DNA of 64,000 bases from a virus: positions 32,001 to 96,000 of the IMG/VR virus record IMGVR_UViG_3300008954_000005. One strand, given 5' to 3'. The notes under the pieces were generated by a model. The model was not told where the DNA came from, did not search any database, and worked only from the letters and a program-made list of their open reading frames with translations. This document shows, in pieces, positions 27,427 through 37,152 of the stretch. Every line of letters starts with the position of its first letter. The stretch's first letter is position 1. Both the position numbers and the translations under genes were made by a program.

Positions 27427-28166
27427 GACTGTGCCTCCTTACCGACAGTGGCGAGGAGTTTCTCTTTGAGAACCTCTACACCTTGTTTACGGGCTTTCGG
27501 CCCGTTGCCACCACGAACGCCAGCAGTCTTCGCATCCTCATCTGGGACACTCTCCTGAACTTGTTCGTCAGAGCTAAGTGCTGCATTCAGCACATCAGCG
27601 AGGCTTTGATCAACGCTTGCAGCCTTGACCTCTTCCTCGGATGAAGCTTCATTCGAAACTTCGGGTTCGTCGTTACTATAAGGGCTGGTTTCAAAAGCTT
27701 CCTCTAAGGGCTCAACAGAAGCCGTTTCGGGCTTCTCCTCAACCTCAGTCTCTTCTTCTGAAGAACCAGATCGTAGGGCTAGCAGTCTGCCTAATACATT
27801 TTGGGCAACCTGCGAAGCCTGCTGATCTTCTTCTACGGTTTCCGTTTCCGTCTTCTTAGCTAGCTGCGCTTGTAGGCGCTCACGCATAAGATCGGAAATT
27901 TGGGAAACGTTTTCAACCACAGGCGTTTCTTCTGTGACTTCAGAAGCAACAGGCGCTGCGGTTTCGGATACTTGCGTTTGGGGCTCTTCTTGCTGATTTG
28001 GATACTGGTCCACGATAAAGTCTACCGCAGAAGCCAATTTCTCTACGAAAACCGGATCAGTTAATGAATCAGATAAAACCGTTGCTTCTTCAACAATCGG
28101 TTCTGCCGCAGAAACAGAAGAGTTCGCCCCAGCAAGTTTTTGAATGAGTGTGTCTAAAGATGACAT
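27423..28166 (-). CDS. acidic scaffold/internal head protein
   Basis: E-rich low complexity with KLAG, KLAS, KAAS, KTAG and KEAQ motifs. Confidence 0.7.
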   Translation of the reverse strand: MSSLDTLIQKLAGANSSVSAAEPIVEEATVLSDSLTDPVFVEKLASAVDFIVDQYPNQQEEPQTQVSETAAPVASEVTEETPVVENVSQISDLMRERLQAQLAKKTETETVEEDQQASQVAQNVLGRLLALRSGSSEEETEVEEKPETASVEPLEEAFETSPYSNDEPEVSNEASSEEEVKAASVDQSLADVLNAALSSDEQVQESVPDEDAKTAGVRGGNGPKARKQGVEVLKEKLLATVGKEAQS

Positions 28167-28189
28167 TTTTCCCTATCTCCTGGGGATAA

Positions 28190-28217
28190 CCCCTGGCTGA
28201 GTTTCCCCAGCCAGGGG
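28190..28217. other. GC-rich intergenic hairpin
   Basis: CCCCTGGCTG-AGTTTCCC-CAGCCAGGGG. Confidence 0.55.
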
Positions 28218-28332
28218 GTCTCTCATTGTACTTCTGTGGCTAGGTTCAATAATATTACGGACTAATAGAGTAAGCAAACCGTATCTACCAATTAAATTAG
28301 TTAATTCTGAGTGCTTACCCAACATAGTTCGC

Positions 28333-28986
28333 TTACTGATCCCCGTAGATGGCCTGGGCGATAGCGTTGACGTCGTAGCCAGCTTCGTTAAGAAGCTCAC
28401 CGGCACGCGACATCACAGCCGTCTCAAGCTCCTCGTCGTCAAAAGCAGAGGACTGCTTCGACGTACCATCGGTATCGATGAAGTCGAGGATCTCCTGGGC
28501 GCGAGTCAGCGCAGCATCTTCAAACTGCTGCATTACTTCGGGGCTAATCTCGGGCTCACCCGCTACAGCCTCGTCGCCAGCAGTCTTCAGAAAGTGGTCG
28601 CTCTTACGAGCGCCAGCAGTCTTCTCAGTGCCATCGGTCTGAATGGACGTGAGTTCATCGTAGAACGCATGAGCCATAGTGCGGCCAAGGAAATCAGCTT
28701 CAGCCAACTTGGCCTCGCCTTCCTCTACCTCACCACCCTCAGTGGTCTCCGTGGTCTCCGTGGTCTCGTCGCCTTCAGCGGCGGCGGTCTTCTCCGTCTC
28801 ACCCATAGCCTCGGTGATGATCTCAAGAATATCGTTGTCGTCAAACTCATTAAGGTCGATACCTTCAGCGGTAGCGATCTTCTCAAGTTCTTCCAAAAGG
28901 ACGGCCTCAGCAGTCTTCTCCGTGTCACCGGAGTTGGCCTGAATGTTAGCCTCGGTTCCGTATGCCTGTGCAAGCAATTCGTTCAT
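28333..28986 (-). CDS. acidic scaffold/internal head protein
   Basis: EKTAE, EKIAT, EKTAA, AKLAE, EKTAG, LKTAG. Also contains a 9-bp x3 repeat (ETT)3 at 28742-28768. Confidence 0.75.
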   Translation of the reverse strand: MNELLAQAYGTEANIQANSGDTEKTAEAVLLEELEKIATAEGIDLNEFDDNDILEIITEAMGETEKTAAAEGDETTETTETTEGGEVEEGEAKLAEADFLGRTMAHAFYDELTSIQTDGTEKTAGARKSDHFLKTAGDEAVAGEPEISPEVMQQFEDAALTRAQEILDFIDTDGTSKQSSAFDDEELETAVMSRAGELLNEAGYDVNAIAQAIYGDQ

Positions 28987-29086
28987 TTTAGTACCCTCCT
29001 AGGGTGTTTTCAGGTTTAGTTTGCACTCGTTACTTTGCCAAGGCACCATCTTCGGCTGAATATTCGGCCTAAATACCTCATGGCGA

Positions 29087-30772
29087 TTAATCAATCTTAG
29101 CAATTGCCTTCTCCCAAGCTCTACCGAGATGACCCTTACTATGAGCCTTAAGCCCTAGACGAGTCAGCCCTACCAGTACAGAGGTTGCCAAGATTGGATG
29201 TCGCTCCACAAATCGATCAAGTGCGCTGATGTCCTGTCCGGAACCTCGCTTCTTTCGAACGTTGGCCCCGTAAAGATACATAAGTGGAAACACTCCCAAG
29301 AGAGCACTAGGTAGCCCTTTTCCCTCTTTGGTAAGTTCGTGTCCCATAAATGCGTCTTCTAGTTCCACGCCATTGTCGATTGTAGAAAGCAACTTTATAT
29401 CACCTCTGGTAATATCCTCAACTATGGAGCCTATTTTCTCCAATAATTGTTCGCGGTACCCATTGTAACCTGCTGCGATCTTACTAAGAAGAGCATTTTC
29501 TTCGTCTGTGAGATCAACATTGGTTTCTCCAAGTTTCCGCATACCCAGCATACGCTGTGCTTGGGGGTTTGTAGAAGCCCCTGTGGATTTAATGATAATT
29601 ATACGTTTGCGCAATACGGGCTCAAACATACTCCGTTGTTGTACGGAATTTAATAACAGATTTCTTATTAAAGAGGAATGGTCAGATGGAGCACCAATTC
29701 GGATGCTCTTATCCACCATTGGCGACGGATTGAATACGTGTCCTGCATTGTCGAGACGATTTGCCAAACTAGGTCTTCCGATCCTAATGAGTATTATTCT
29801 CTGATACTCCTTAGGCTTTAACACAATTCCACCAGCAGATGCAGTAGTTAATACTTTCTCTACCGGATGCCTAGCTAATCTATCAAGAAGGCTGGTCTTG
29901 AGATCTGGTTCTGTGTCGGCAACTGGCTTTATGTGCTTCGCAGACAAGGCGGGGACCTGCTTCAACAATTCAGAAGTTTTCCTCTTGTTAGCCAACTTCT
30001 CCCGAAGAGACTCAAGAGCAACCCCATCCCGAAGACCCCCAGTTTCAGCGGCTAGGGCGGAAGAACCACCGAAGACAGAAGCCACTTTAGCCATTGCATA
30101 ACTAGTTCTGTCTGCCCCTATGATGACAAAACTAATGTCAAAGAATCTAGGTCGGGGGTTGTAGACAAACACCTTTCTACCATCCGGAAAGATTTTGCCC
30201 ATCATAGTCTTGGTGTGTACGCAGTAGTCTTTTCTCGTCTTGGACTTATGCCCACAGATCGAGCAGACATCGTACTTTACCTTACACCCCATACTGACAG
30301 CGGGATGCTCACCAGCATCCAACTTTCGAACTAAATCCTCATGCCCCACTTCGGAAGCTTTTTCTCGATCAATTCGAATGATCAACTCGACTCTGTGCAT
30401 AACGGGGTTGTAACAAGCACAAACAATCTCCCCCATAGAGCGGCTGATGTCTTTGTTTTTGTGGTGCCTGTACACACCAGACTTCTTGAACGTTTTGTAC
30501 CCCGAAAGCTCAGTGTCTGTTTTGGGAGCGAGTTCGGACTCCTCAAAATAGTCCCCATTGATATTACTACCGTAATACTCACCGGCACCGAGAGCATTAA
30601 CTAGAACATACAAGTGTTTGTCTGACGGACTGATCCCATCAATGTGGCTTTTAATCGTATCGTGGAGGTCTGAGTGAGAGGCCTGCTTTACCAACCCCTC
30701 GGTTGGATTAATGGCCTGCACAAAGATGTTTCCATCTTCATCTGATCCGGGGAATGTGAGTAACTTAAGCAT
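29087..30772 (-). CDS. prohead maturation protease with C-terminal extension
   Basis: YRHHKNK (His), AVSMGC (Ser), CSICG..YCVH, N.RPRFFDISFV..GAD: HK97-type prohead protease pattern. Confidence 0.8.
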   Translation of the reverse strand: MLKLLTFPGSDEDGNIFVQAINPTEGLVKQASHSDLHDTIKSHIDGISPSDKHLYVLVNALGAGEYYGSNINGDYFEESELAPKTDTELSGYKTFKKSGVYRHHKNKDISRSMGEIVCACYNPVMHRVELIIRIDREKASEVGHEDLVRKLDAGEHPAVSMGCKVKYDVCSICGHKSKTRKDYCVHTKTMMGKIFPDGRKVFVYNPRPRFFDISFVIIGADRTSYAMAKVASVFGGSSALAAETGGLRDGVALESLREKLANKRKTSELLKQVPALSAKHIKPVADTEPDLKTSLLDRLARHPVEKVLTTASAGGIVLKPKEYQRIILIRIGRPSLANRLDNAGHVFNPSPMVDKSIRIGAPSDHSSLIRNLLLNSVQQRSMFEPVLRKRIIIIKSTGASTNPQAQRMLGMRKLGETNVDLTDEENALLSKIAAGYNGYREQLLEKIGSIVEDITRGDIKLLSTIDNGVELEDAFMGHELTKEGKGLPSALLGVFPLMYLYGANVRKKRGSGQDISALDRFVERHPILATSVLVGLTRLGLKAHSKGHLGRAWEKAIAKID

Positions 30773-31499
30773 TCGAAGCTCCCAACCCTTGGATAGTCTT
30801 AAGAAGACGGCGCTCGCTCGGGAGCAGTTTTCGCTTCTTATCTAGTCTATCACGGAGAGCCTTAGCCATAATAAACCCTCTATACTTTGTATCTGCGGCG
30901 GAAGTCGAACTGTTTAACACGGCTCCACCCGCCCTAGCCAGCGCTGATCCCGGCATTACGGCTGTAATTGCTGCTGCTGTTAAGCCCATCTTTTTGGGAG
31001 ACCAATAGATGTCTTCTGCCTTTTGGAGGCCTGTGGACTTTATCCGAGAACGCTTAGGGAATCTACGGATATCCGCCACCCGCGACAACGCCTCTTTCTC
31101 AGAGCGACTGAGTTTTTTACCGGCCTGAATCTTATGTGCCAAGTTATCGGCGTAAGCTTTCCTCTCGAACTTGGCAGTCAACCCAGAAAGTCCCGCACCA
31201 AGAGCGGTAGCAGTACCTATACTCCCCTTACTTAGAAGGCCACCAGAAGCAAGCGTCTTATTTATCGCAGCATTGGCCCTTGTAGATGGACCAAAGCCAA
31301 GCTCTAGTTGTCTGTTCCTTTTAAGGGGAAGACGGCTAGCCCGCTCAAAAACCTTGCTAGTGATGGCACGAGCCGCACGGGTGCCTAACGCCTTTCGCAT
31401 TGCGATAAGCGTTCCAGCCGTTACGGCCCCTGACGTTAAAGCCTTTCCGGGTGCCCCAGTTAGCTTTTCATACAGGGTAGTTTTACCCTCATCCGCCAC
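30765..31499 (-). CDS. basic glycine/alanine-rich virion-module protein
   Basis: Three G/A hydrophobic segments separated by K/R-rich stretches. Confidence 0.7.
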   Translation of the reverse strand: MADEGKTTLYEKLTGAPGKALTSGAVTAGTLIAMRKALGTRAARAITSKVFERASRLPLKRNRQLELGFGPSTRANAAINKTLASGGLLSKGSIGTATALGAGLSGLTAKFERKAYADNLAHKIQAGKKLSRSEKEALSRVADIRRFPKRSRIKSTGLQKAEDIYWSPKKMGLTAAAITAVMPGSALARAGGAVLNSSTSAADTKYRGFIMAKALRDRLDKKRKLLPSERRLLKTIQGLGASNA

Positions 31500-32601
31500 C
31501 GGCAGCAGCCCCCATCATTGCCTGAAGAAGAGATTCCTTACCCCTGGAGTCAGACCTCATCTTGTTGATCTCAGCTAAAGTCTTCACATCCTGCGGCTGG
31601 ATTCCTTCATCCTTGTATTGCAAGGATCGGCGCATGAACGACCCGGCTACCAGTGGATCCTTGGCCATGTCGGGGTTGAAGGTGTGCAGCGTGCGGAAGA
31701 TCTTCTTTACGTCGCCTTGGTCTTCTTTCTTGAGGTTGGGGTTCTCATCCATCATCGCATTGAAAGCCTTCCGTTGACGGATAGGCCCTCCAATCGAATC
31801 AATGGCTGCGTCAGCGCCCCTGATACCAGCAGTTAAGCCAGCAGCGCCCAGACCAAGACCCAGAACCTTTTCGCCAGTAGACAGGTCTGCTACACGGCGA
31901 GACAACATCCCACCCTGCGACGGATCAACATTGATCCCAAAACGTCTCCCAAAACCACCTACTCGACGTCCAAGTGCAGCCCTTAGTGCCTGTAGACGAC
32001 CTGCTTCTTTATCGAGCGAAGCCATCTTTGGTTGCATTTGGGCGGGCATTCCTTGAGGAGCGGCCTGGGCAGGTGCCGGGGGTTGTCCACCCTCACTGGG
32101 CTGGAATAACTTGTCGGCGGGGGCACGGGCCTGAGCCTGTTCAGCTTGAGCTTGTGCCTGAGCAGCCTGCTGCTGTTGTTGCATCATCGCTGCAAGGGCT
32201 TGGGCCTTCTCCTCTTTACGGACACCTTTCGTGCTCTGGACTTCTGCACGGAGAGACTTCAACTGCTTAGCAGCTTGGAGAGCCTTCTTACGAAGTCTAG
32301 AACCAGCCGCTGAATTACCCGCATCAAACTTGACGGCATCGGGAGCGGAGTCAGCTAAGATCTCCATCAGGGTCTTCAGCTTCTCTTCGGCACCTTCAGG
32401 ATCACCACCGGGCATATCTTCTGGTGCTTTGGGAACCATTCCCGGAGGAGGCCCTCCTTCTGGTGAAGGGGCAGCGGCTTCTGGTGGAGGTCCTGCCTGA
32501 GCCGCCGCTTCGGGGGGAGGCCCCTGTGGGGGCATTCCTTGTGGGGGCATTGGTGGCTGAGCAAGCTTCTCAAGTAATCTTATTTTGGTTGTGATGTCCA
32601 T
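31489..32601 (-). CDS. internal head protein with Pro/Gln-rich regions, an Hc1 (histone H1-like) domain and a glycine zipper
   Basis: DAVKFDAGNSAAGSRLRKKALQAAKQLKSLRAEVQ, plus EKLAQ, KMAS and DKEAG motifs. ATG at 32601. Confidence 0.7.
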   Translation of the reverse strand: MDITTKIRLLEKLAQPPMPPQGMPPQGPPPEAAAQAGPPPEAAAPSPEGGPPPGMVPKAPEDMPGGDPEGAEEKLKTLMEILADSAPDAVKFDAGNSAAGSRLRKKALQAAKQLKSLRAEVQSTKGVRKEEKAQALAAMMQQQQQAAQAQAQAEQAQARAPADKLFQPSEGGQPPAPAQAAPQGMPAQMQPKMASLDKEAGRLQALRAALGRRVGGFGRRFGINVDPSQGGMLSRRVADLSTGEKVLGLGLGAAGLTAGIRGADAAIDSIGGPIRQRKAFNAMMDENPNLKKEDQGDVKKIFRTLHTFNPDMAKDPLVAGSFMRRSLQYKDEGIQPQDVKTLAEINKMRSDSRGKESLLQAMMGAAAGGG

Positions 32602-32602
32602 T

Positions 32603-33322
32603 TTAACCCCATGCCTGTTGCTGAAGAGCAGGCCTTGCTGATTGTTGTTGTTTTGGTGCCCACTCCCGCTGGAACTCTTCTGTGGGTCCTTTTGGACCCC
32701 TGGGTACAAAGCCGCTAGCTACGCTACCAGCAGTCTGTCGAGCTTCTGGCTTCAAGAGCATGTATGCAGCAAGTGCCGCAAGGCCCATTTTGCCTGGGTT
32801 TTTCATGCCCCAACCAACAACACCCTTCGGCCTAAACTTGGTTTTGTAGTAGACGGTTTTCCCGCCCACACTTCCTTTGGTTATTTGGCCCTTCGCTCTA
32901 CCAGACAAAATCTCGTCAGCGACCTCTTTGGATACAGGTGTAATATTGCCAGCCGCTATGTCTTTAGCCGCATTACCCGTTGCTAAAGAGTGGAGACGTT
33001 TACCTGCATGGACGCCTTCCGTGGAGCGCTTTCCTAAAAGGATCTCTTTGGCTTTATCGGCCCCTCTCCTAAAAGGAGTAGCAGCTAGCTCAGAGGGGCC
33101 TGACCACAGACCTTGGTTAACCCCTTGGGTGACCGACCGAAGAGAGTGTCCTCCGATACTCCTATCGAGGATGTTTCTATTAACCCACCCCCCAGCCTGT
33201 TCACCGGGGCCAGCAACCTTTCGAAGTTCCATAGCAAGCTTGTGCTTGTTTTGCTGCTTCTCATGGGGACGTACGTTAAGTGTCGAACGCTTTGCCACGG
33301 GTAGTGTGTGCACTAAACTCAT
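32603..33322 (-). CDS. basic virion-module protein with one TM-like segment
   Basis: KLAM and RKVAG motifs, GLAALAAYMLL. Confidence 0.7.
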   Translation of the reverse strand: MSLVHTLPVAKRSTLNVRPHEKQQNKHKLAMELRKVAGPGEQAGGWVNRNILDRSIGGHSLRSVTQGVNQGLWSGPSELAATPFRRGADKAKEILLGKRSTEGVHAGKRLHSLATGNAAKDIAAGNITPVSKEVADEILSGRAKGQITKGSVGGKTVYYKTKFRPKGVVGWGMKNPGKMGLAALAAYMLLKPEARQTAGSVASGFVPRGPKGPTEEFQREWAPKQQQSARPALQQQAWG

Positions 33323-33978
33323 ACGAAACCTCTGTTTCTAGCAGAAGCGGGGATTACTGTGCCACGGAGACTAGCGTCCAACTGCCGCTGAGTCTCTTCA
33401 GCAGCGCCCCCTCTTGCGGGGCCAGGGCTGGAACCAAAACCACCACGTGCGGGAGGGGTGCTGCCACCGGGCACGACTAATCTTCTTCTTTTGTCGTTTG
33501 CCGCCCTTCTTCTAGGCCTGCCCGAACCCTGGGTTCCTATCTGATCAGGGGCTGCGGAATCAAAAAGGCTTTTCTTTAGATCCGCCGAGGCGCGAGAAGC
33601 TGGGCTTGGCATCGCGCCCATAGAAGGTGGGGCAGGTTGACCCTTCGGGTCTACAAGAGCTAGTCCTCTACTACCATGCGCGGCTGCTCCGGGTGCGTGG
33701 GTCGCAACTTGCCTAGCTGCTGGAGCCACATGGGAGAGGCCCCGCATCGCCACCGGAGCCAACGCTACACCAGCGCCCGCTATTTGTGCGCCCCGTTGTA
33801 AGACAGGCCGAGCTACTTGACGCGCAACACCCGGAACCGCTCTTAATGCGCCCCTACCACGGCCAGCAAGACGGAGGCCACCACTGACGAGCCCGCCAAT
33901 GGCGAGCTTCTCCAGATCAACCGGTGGTCCCGCATTACTCCCTAATGTTGCCCACGCTTTGGCTAAACGATCTTCCAT
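33319..33978 (-). CDS. Arg/Ala/Gly-rich virion-module protein
   Basis: EKLAIG motif. Translationally coupled at both ends. Confidence 0.65.
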   Translation of the reverse strand: MEDRLAKAWATLGSNAGPPVDLEKLAIGGLVSGGLRLAGRGRGALRAVPGVARQVARPVLQRGAQIAGAGVALAPVAMRGLSHVAPAARQVATHAPGAAAHGSRGLALVDPKGQPAPPSMGAMPSPASRASADLKKSLFDSAAPDQIGTQGSGRPRRRAANDKRRRLVVPGGSTPPARGGFGSSPGPARGGAAEETQRQLDASLRGTVIPASARNRGFV

Positions 33979-35072
33979 TACCGTTTACCCCCAAACAGTG
34001 CACCCAAGCCCTTGCCACCGGGAGCGCCTCCAGATACTGGTCCCTGGGAAGGGGGTGGCCCTCCCGCAGGTGCAGCAGCAGCCTCAGGGGGAGGAGAGGA
34101 GGGCATTCCTGCAGGAGGACCACCGGAGGGCGGCGCGGCAGGTGCTGCACCGGTAGGTGGAGGGGCGGGTTGTGAACCCATACCGCCTGGATTGAACAAT
34201 CCACTGGCCATTGTGTGGCCTGGGTCTGGCCCACGAAGAATCCCAAGAAGTTCTGTCATCGAAGTCTGTACGCGATGCATAGACTGCTGAGCAGTCACAA
34301 GCTTTCCAGAAACACCCTCTAAATCCTGGGTCAGCCCAGTAATTGGGTTCCCTGGCATAACTGCCATTCCCTGGAAGGCCAACTTCTCTTTGCATCCGAA
34401 CTCTACAAGCCTATCCCCAAAGTCAATCTCAATAACATCGAGTAGGCCCTCAGAGGGGTTGGCGTCTTCAATGGCAGCACCAATTGTGCTGGTGGAGTAC
34501 CCTTCGGCCTGCGCCTCTTTGCATAGGTCTTTTAGGGCTGAAAGTTTTACCGCAAAGGTGTCTGCCAAAATGTCCACGTCAGACGCGTGGTTTTCACGAG
34601 CCACCCTTAGGTCAAGAAACTTTACCCCTAAACGGTGTCGTTCAGAATCAGAAATACCAGAAGCCTCTGCGGCCTTCTCGAAATCCTTTGCGCCAAAGGC
34701 TTCATCTAAGTCTACGTACTCCTGCCCAGGGATATAGTGTCCCCGTGGAAGCACTTTTCTTGAAGCAACCTTAGACATGGTTTCTCCCTTCTTCTGCATA
34801 ACAATTGACGCGTCAGCCATTGGGAAGGTGATATTCTTCTCATGCCCAGCCTTGAACAAGTGTCCAAACGTGTCGTTGTTTGCGTATTCAACAATCCGCC
34901 TAACCTGCTCTAGGTTTAAGCTGCTGGTTTTAACCATCTCAAGGATGCTGTCATTCAGAGGCTTTTGTTCCTGAATGTACGCATGCGCAGCGGTCGCCCC
35001 CATTTTTCGCAACTCATGGGGCGTAACCCCTGCGTCTTCTTTTGTGGACAAGTACTGTTCAAATTCGCTCAT
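33978..35072 (-). CDS. internal head protein with Pro-rich tail
   Basis: LN.EQVRRIVEYAN...F motif, plus KTSS, KVAS, KAAE and KLAF. Confidence 0.75.
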   Translation of the reverse strand: MSEFEQYLSTKEDAGVTPHELRKMGATAAHAYIQEQKPLNDSILEMVKTSSLNLEQVRRIVEYANNDTFGHLFKAGHEKNITFPMADASIVMQKKGETMSKVASRKVLPRGHYIPGQEYVDLDEAFGAKDFEKAAEASGISDSERHRLGVKFLDLRVARENHASDVDILADTFAVKLSALKDLCKEAQAEGYSTSTIGAAIEDANPSEGLLDVIEIDFGDRLVEFGCKEKLAFQGMAVMPGNPITGLTQDLEGVSGKLVTAQQSMHRVQTSMTELLGILRGPDPGHTMASGLFNPGGMGSQPAPPPTGAAPAAPPSGGPPAGMPSSPPPEAAAAPAGGPPPSQGPVSGGAPGGKGLGALFGGKR

Positions 35073-35074
35073 GA

Positions 35075-36718
35075 CTAACCTCTATCATGCTTATCATCCC
35101 CTGACGGGCTAATAATATCAGGTCTTGGGTGTTCTATCATAGACGCCAGAAAACAGTAGGTAATTGCGTGCAAAGTATCATCTGTTGTACCCGGTGTCCT
35201 ATTAATAATAGTCGTTCTTCGCGCCTCGTTGTACTCTGTAAATACAGATAAGAGGTCGCTTCCAAAGGGTGTTTCAAAATCTTCCCATTTAGGGAAGGCT
35301 AATTCGTCCTCACGATTAATTGCGTTAATAACCGCCATCAACGCCTCCGTCCTATTAACCATAAACCTATGGAGGCTTTTGTCGAAGTAGATTCTCTTAG
35401 CATTTACGTACTGATACCTCGCAACACGGGCAATCCCAAACTGCCTTATCAGCCGGTCATTACGGTCAAATCCACCCCCGTAGTCAACCCCAGCTATGCG
35501 AACTTCGAATCTATCCATCAGCTTGGCAATGTCGTTCATAAGGTTTTCTGGACTGCCGTCTTCACCCTCATACCGTCTACAGTAGATGATAGTAAAGATG
35601 CGGCCGATATAACACCCAGCAACAAGTACGGAATAAGTATTCTCTCCTGTACCCCAATCAATCCCTAGATAGACTTTTCGATTACGGCCCTTAACGAATT
35701 TAGTCGCGAACTCCAGTGTGTTTGGTCGTTCTTGATTACAGCACTTTATCAGAGATTCCTTGTTGATAGGTTTCTCACCAGAATCGTAACCAACGCCCAA
35801 AACCTCATTAAAAAACTGAGCGCGACTGTACCGTTTCCTTTTATCGAGAATATCGTCCCAACGCACCCAAGGAGCAATTAACTGTGGGATTCTGTACCCC
35901 TCAAAAGGCGTCGTAACCGGTGGGTGCTTCAGCCATTGGGGTGACCGCATGGACGCCCATTGAGCCCTTGGATGATCCGCATGTATGGCCCTCCCGCATT
36001 TTTTACAGATCAACCCCTGGGCACCAATGTTGTCTTCTCCCAGAACATTCCAAGTGTTACAGCCCTCACATGGAACAACCCACTCATTTTGGGTGCTGAA
36101 TTGGTTCCAATAGTAGCTGATGGTGTTGTCCAAGCTCTTCGGCGTACCGGAGTAGCGAAGAATCTTGAACGGGGAGTGCGACAACGCCTCCTCAATAATT
36201 GGGATGATGTCTGTAAGGATGTCCTGAATCTCATCCAACAAAAGCATGTCAGCAGAGATACCGCGCACGCGATCTGCGTGTAAAAAGGCATACCGCATAG
36301 TGATGTCTGAGCCTGTCACATACTTCTTGTACAGAACGTTGTTCTTGGTATTCGCTCCCTCTGCAAAAGTTTGTAGTGTGGGGGAGAGTTCTATAGGTGT
36401 CTGTATCCTATCCCTTGAGAATGTTTCAGTCTGCTGCTGAGTGGGGCTTACGAACAGCGACCTAAAGTGCCTTCTCAAAGTCGAGTATGTTAGCGTAATA
36501 TTCCCTAGGGTTGTGCTCTTCTCTACCTGTCGGCCACACTGAAGAAGCAGTCTCTGGGAAGGTGTGTCATAGATAGGGATCAGGTAACGCCTGCCTTTAA
36601 ACGAAAAATGCTCCAACTCTCCCAAGCTGGGCATATTGAAGAAAGATGATACAAACTCGCTAGGAAAGAGATTATTATCCCTCTCAAAAGCTGCTGATTG
36701 TTCATCGAGTAAAGACAT
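35075..36718 (-). CDS. terL: terminase large subunit (lambda gpA-like, with Zn finger)
   Basis: GRQVEKST (Walker A), RVRGISAD.LLLDE (Walker B), SGTP, CEGC..CKKC, FFNEVLG, GIDWG, DDTLHA. Confidence 0.9.
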   Translation of the reverse strand: MSLLDEQSAAFERDNNLFPSEFVSSFFNMPSLGELEHFSFKGRRYLIPIYDTPSQRLLLQCGRQVEKSTTLGNITLTYSTLRRHFRSLFVSPTQQQTETFSRDRIQTPIELSPTLQTFAEGANTKNNVLYKKYVTGSDITMRYAFLHADRVRGISADMLLLDEIQDILTDIIPIIEEALSHSPFKILRYSGTPKSLDNTISYYWNQFSTQNEWVVPCEGCNTWNVLGEDNIGAQGLICKKCGRAIHADHPRAQWASMRSPQWLKHPPVTTPFEGYRIPQLIAPWVRWDDILDKRKRYSRAQFFNEVLGVGYDSGEKPINKESLIKCCNQERPNTLEFATKFVKGRNRKVYLGIDWGTGENTYSVLVAGCYIGRIFTIIYCRRYEGEDGSPENLMNDIAKLMDRFEVRIAGVDYGGGFDRNDRLIRQFGIARVARYQYVNAKRIYFDKSLHRFMVNRTEALMAVINAINREDELAFPKWEDFETPFGSDLLSVFTEYNEARRTTIINRTPGTTDDTLHAITYCFLASMIEHPRPDIISPSGDDKHDRG

Positions 36719-36950
36719 GATCAAAGATACCGTAACTAGTTTAGTGGGTTCCTTATCTAGGGCACTTGGAAACGACCTTGTTTCCTATAAAGAAGATGCC
36801 GAGAACACATACGTTCTTAAGCTGTGGCCCCCAATATCACAACATAATAAAAAGCTCTTAAAAGAGTTCATTGGTGAATACATACCGAGAGCCAGGGTCT
36901 CCATAAATACAAAAAGAGGGCTTGTGAAAATCACTCTGCGTCCTCGTTAA
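36717..36950 (+). CDS. small hypothetical protein, opposite strand to its neighbours
   Basis: 77 aa with protein-like alpha/beta pattern. Fills the gap between terL and the next - strand gene. Confidence 0.45.
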   Translation: MIKDTVTSLVGSLSRALGNDLVSYKEDAENTYVLKLWPPISQHNKKLLKEFIGEYIPRARVSINTKRGLVKITLRPR

Positions 36951-37152
36951 TATAGCTATCACACACAAAGTCTGCTCGCACGAACGTGCGGTACTCTGTA
37001 CACTCCCCATCCCCAGAATGGGCTCTGCCAGCCGAGTAGATGAACTGTTTACAGGTTACGCAGCGTTCATCAGCTTGCGCTAACCGCAGCCTGGGTGGCT
37101 GAGTGCTGGCTAGTTTGGCTTGGAGTTGGTCTAGAAGGCGATTTACCTCCAA
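36931..37152 (-). CDS. small 4-Cys protein (HiPIP-like spacing), start uncertain
   Basis: AKLAS...RCVTCKQF...GECTEY...V.ADFVCDSY. Overlaps the SNF2 tail. Confidence 0.55.
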   Translation of the reverse strand: MEVNRLLDQLQAKLASTQPPRLRLAQADERCVTCKQFIYSAGRAHSGDGECTEYRTFVRADFVCDSYINEDAE

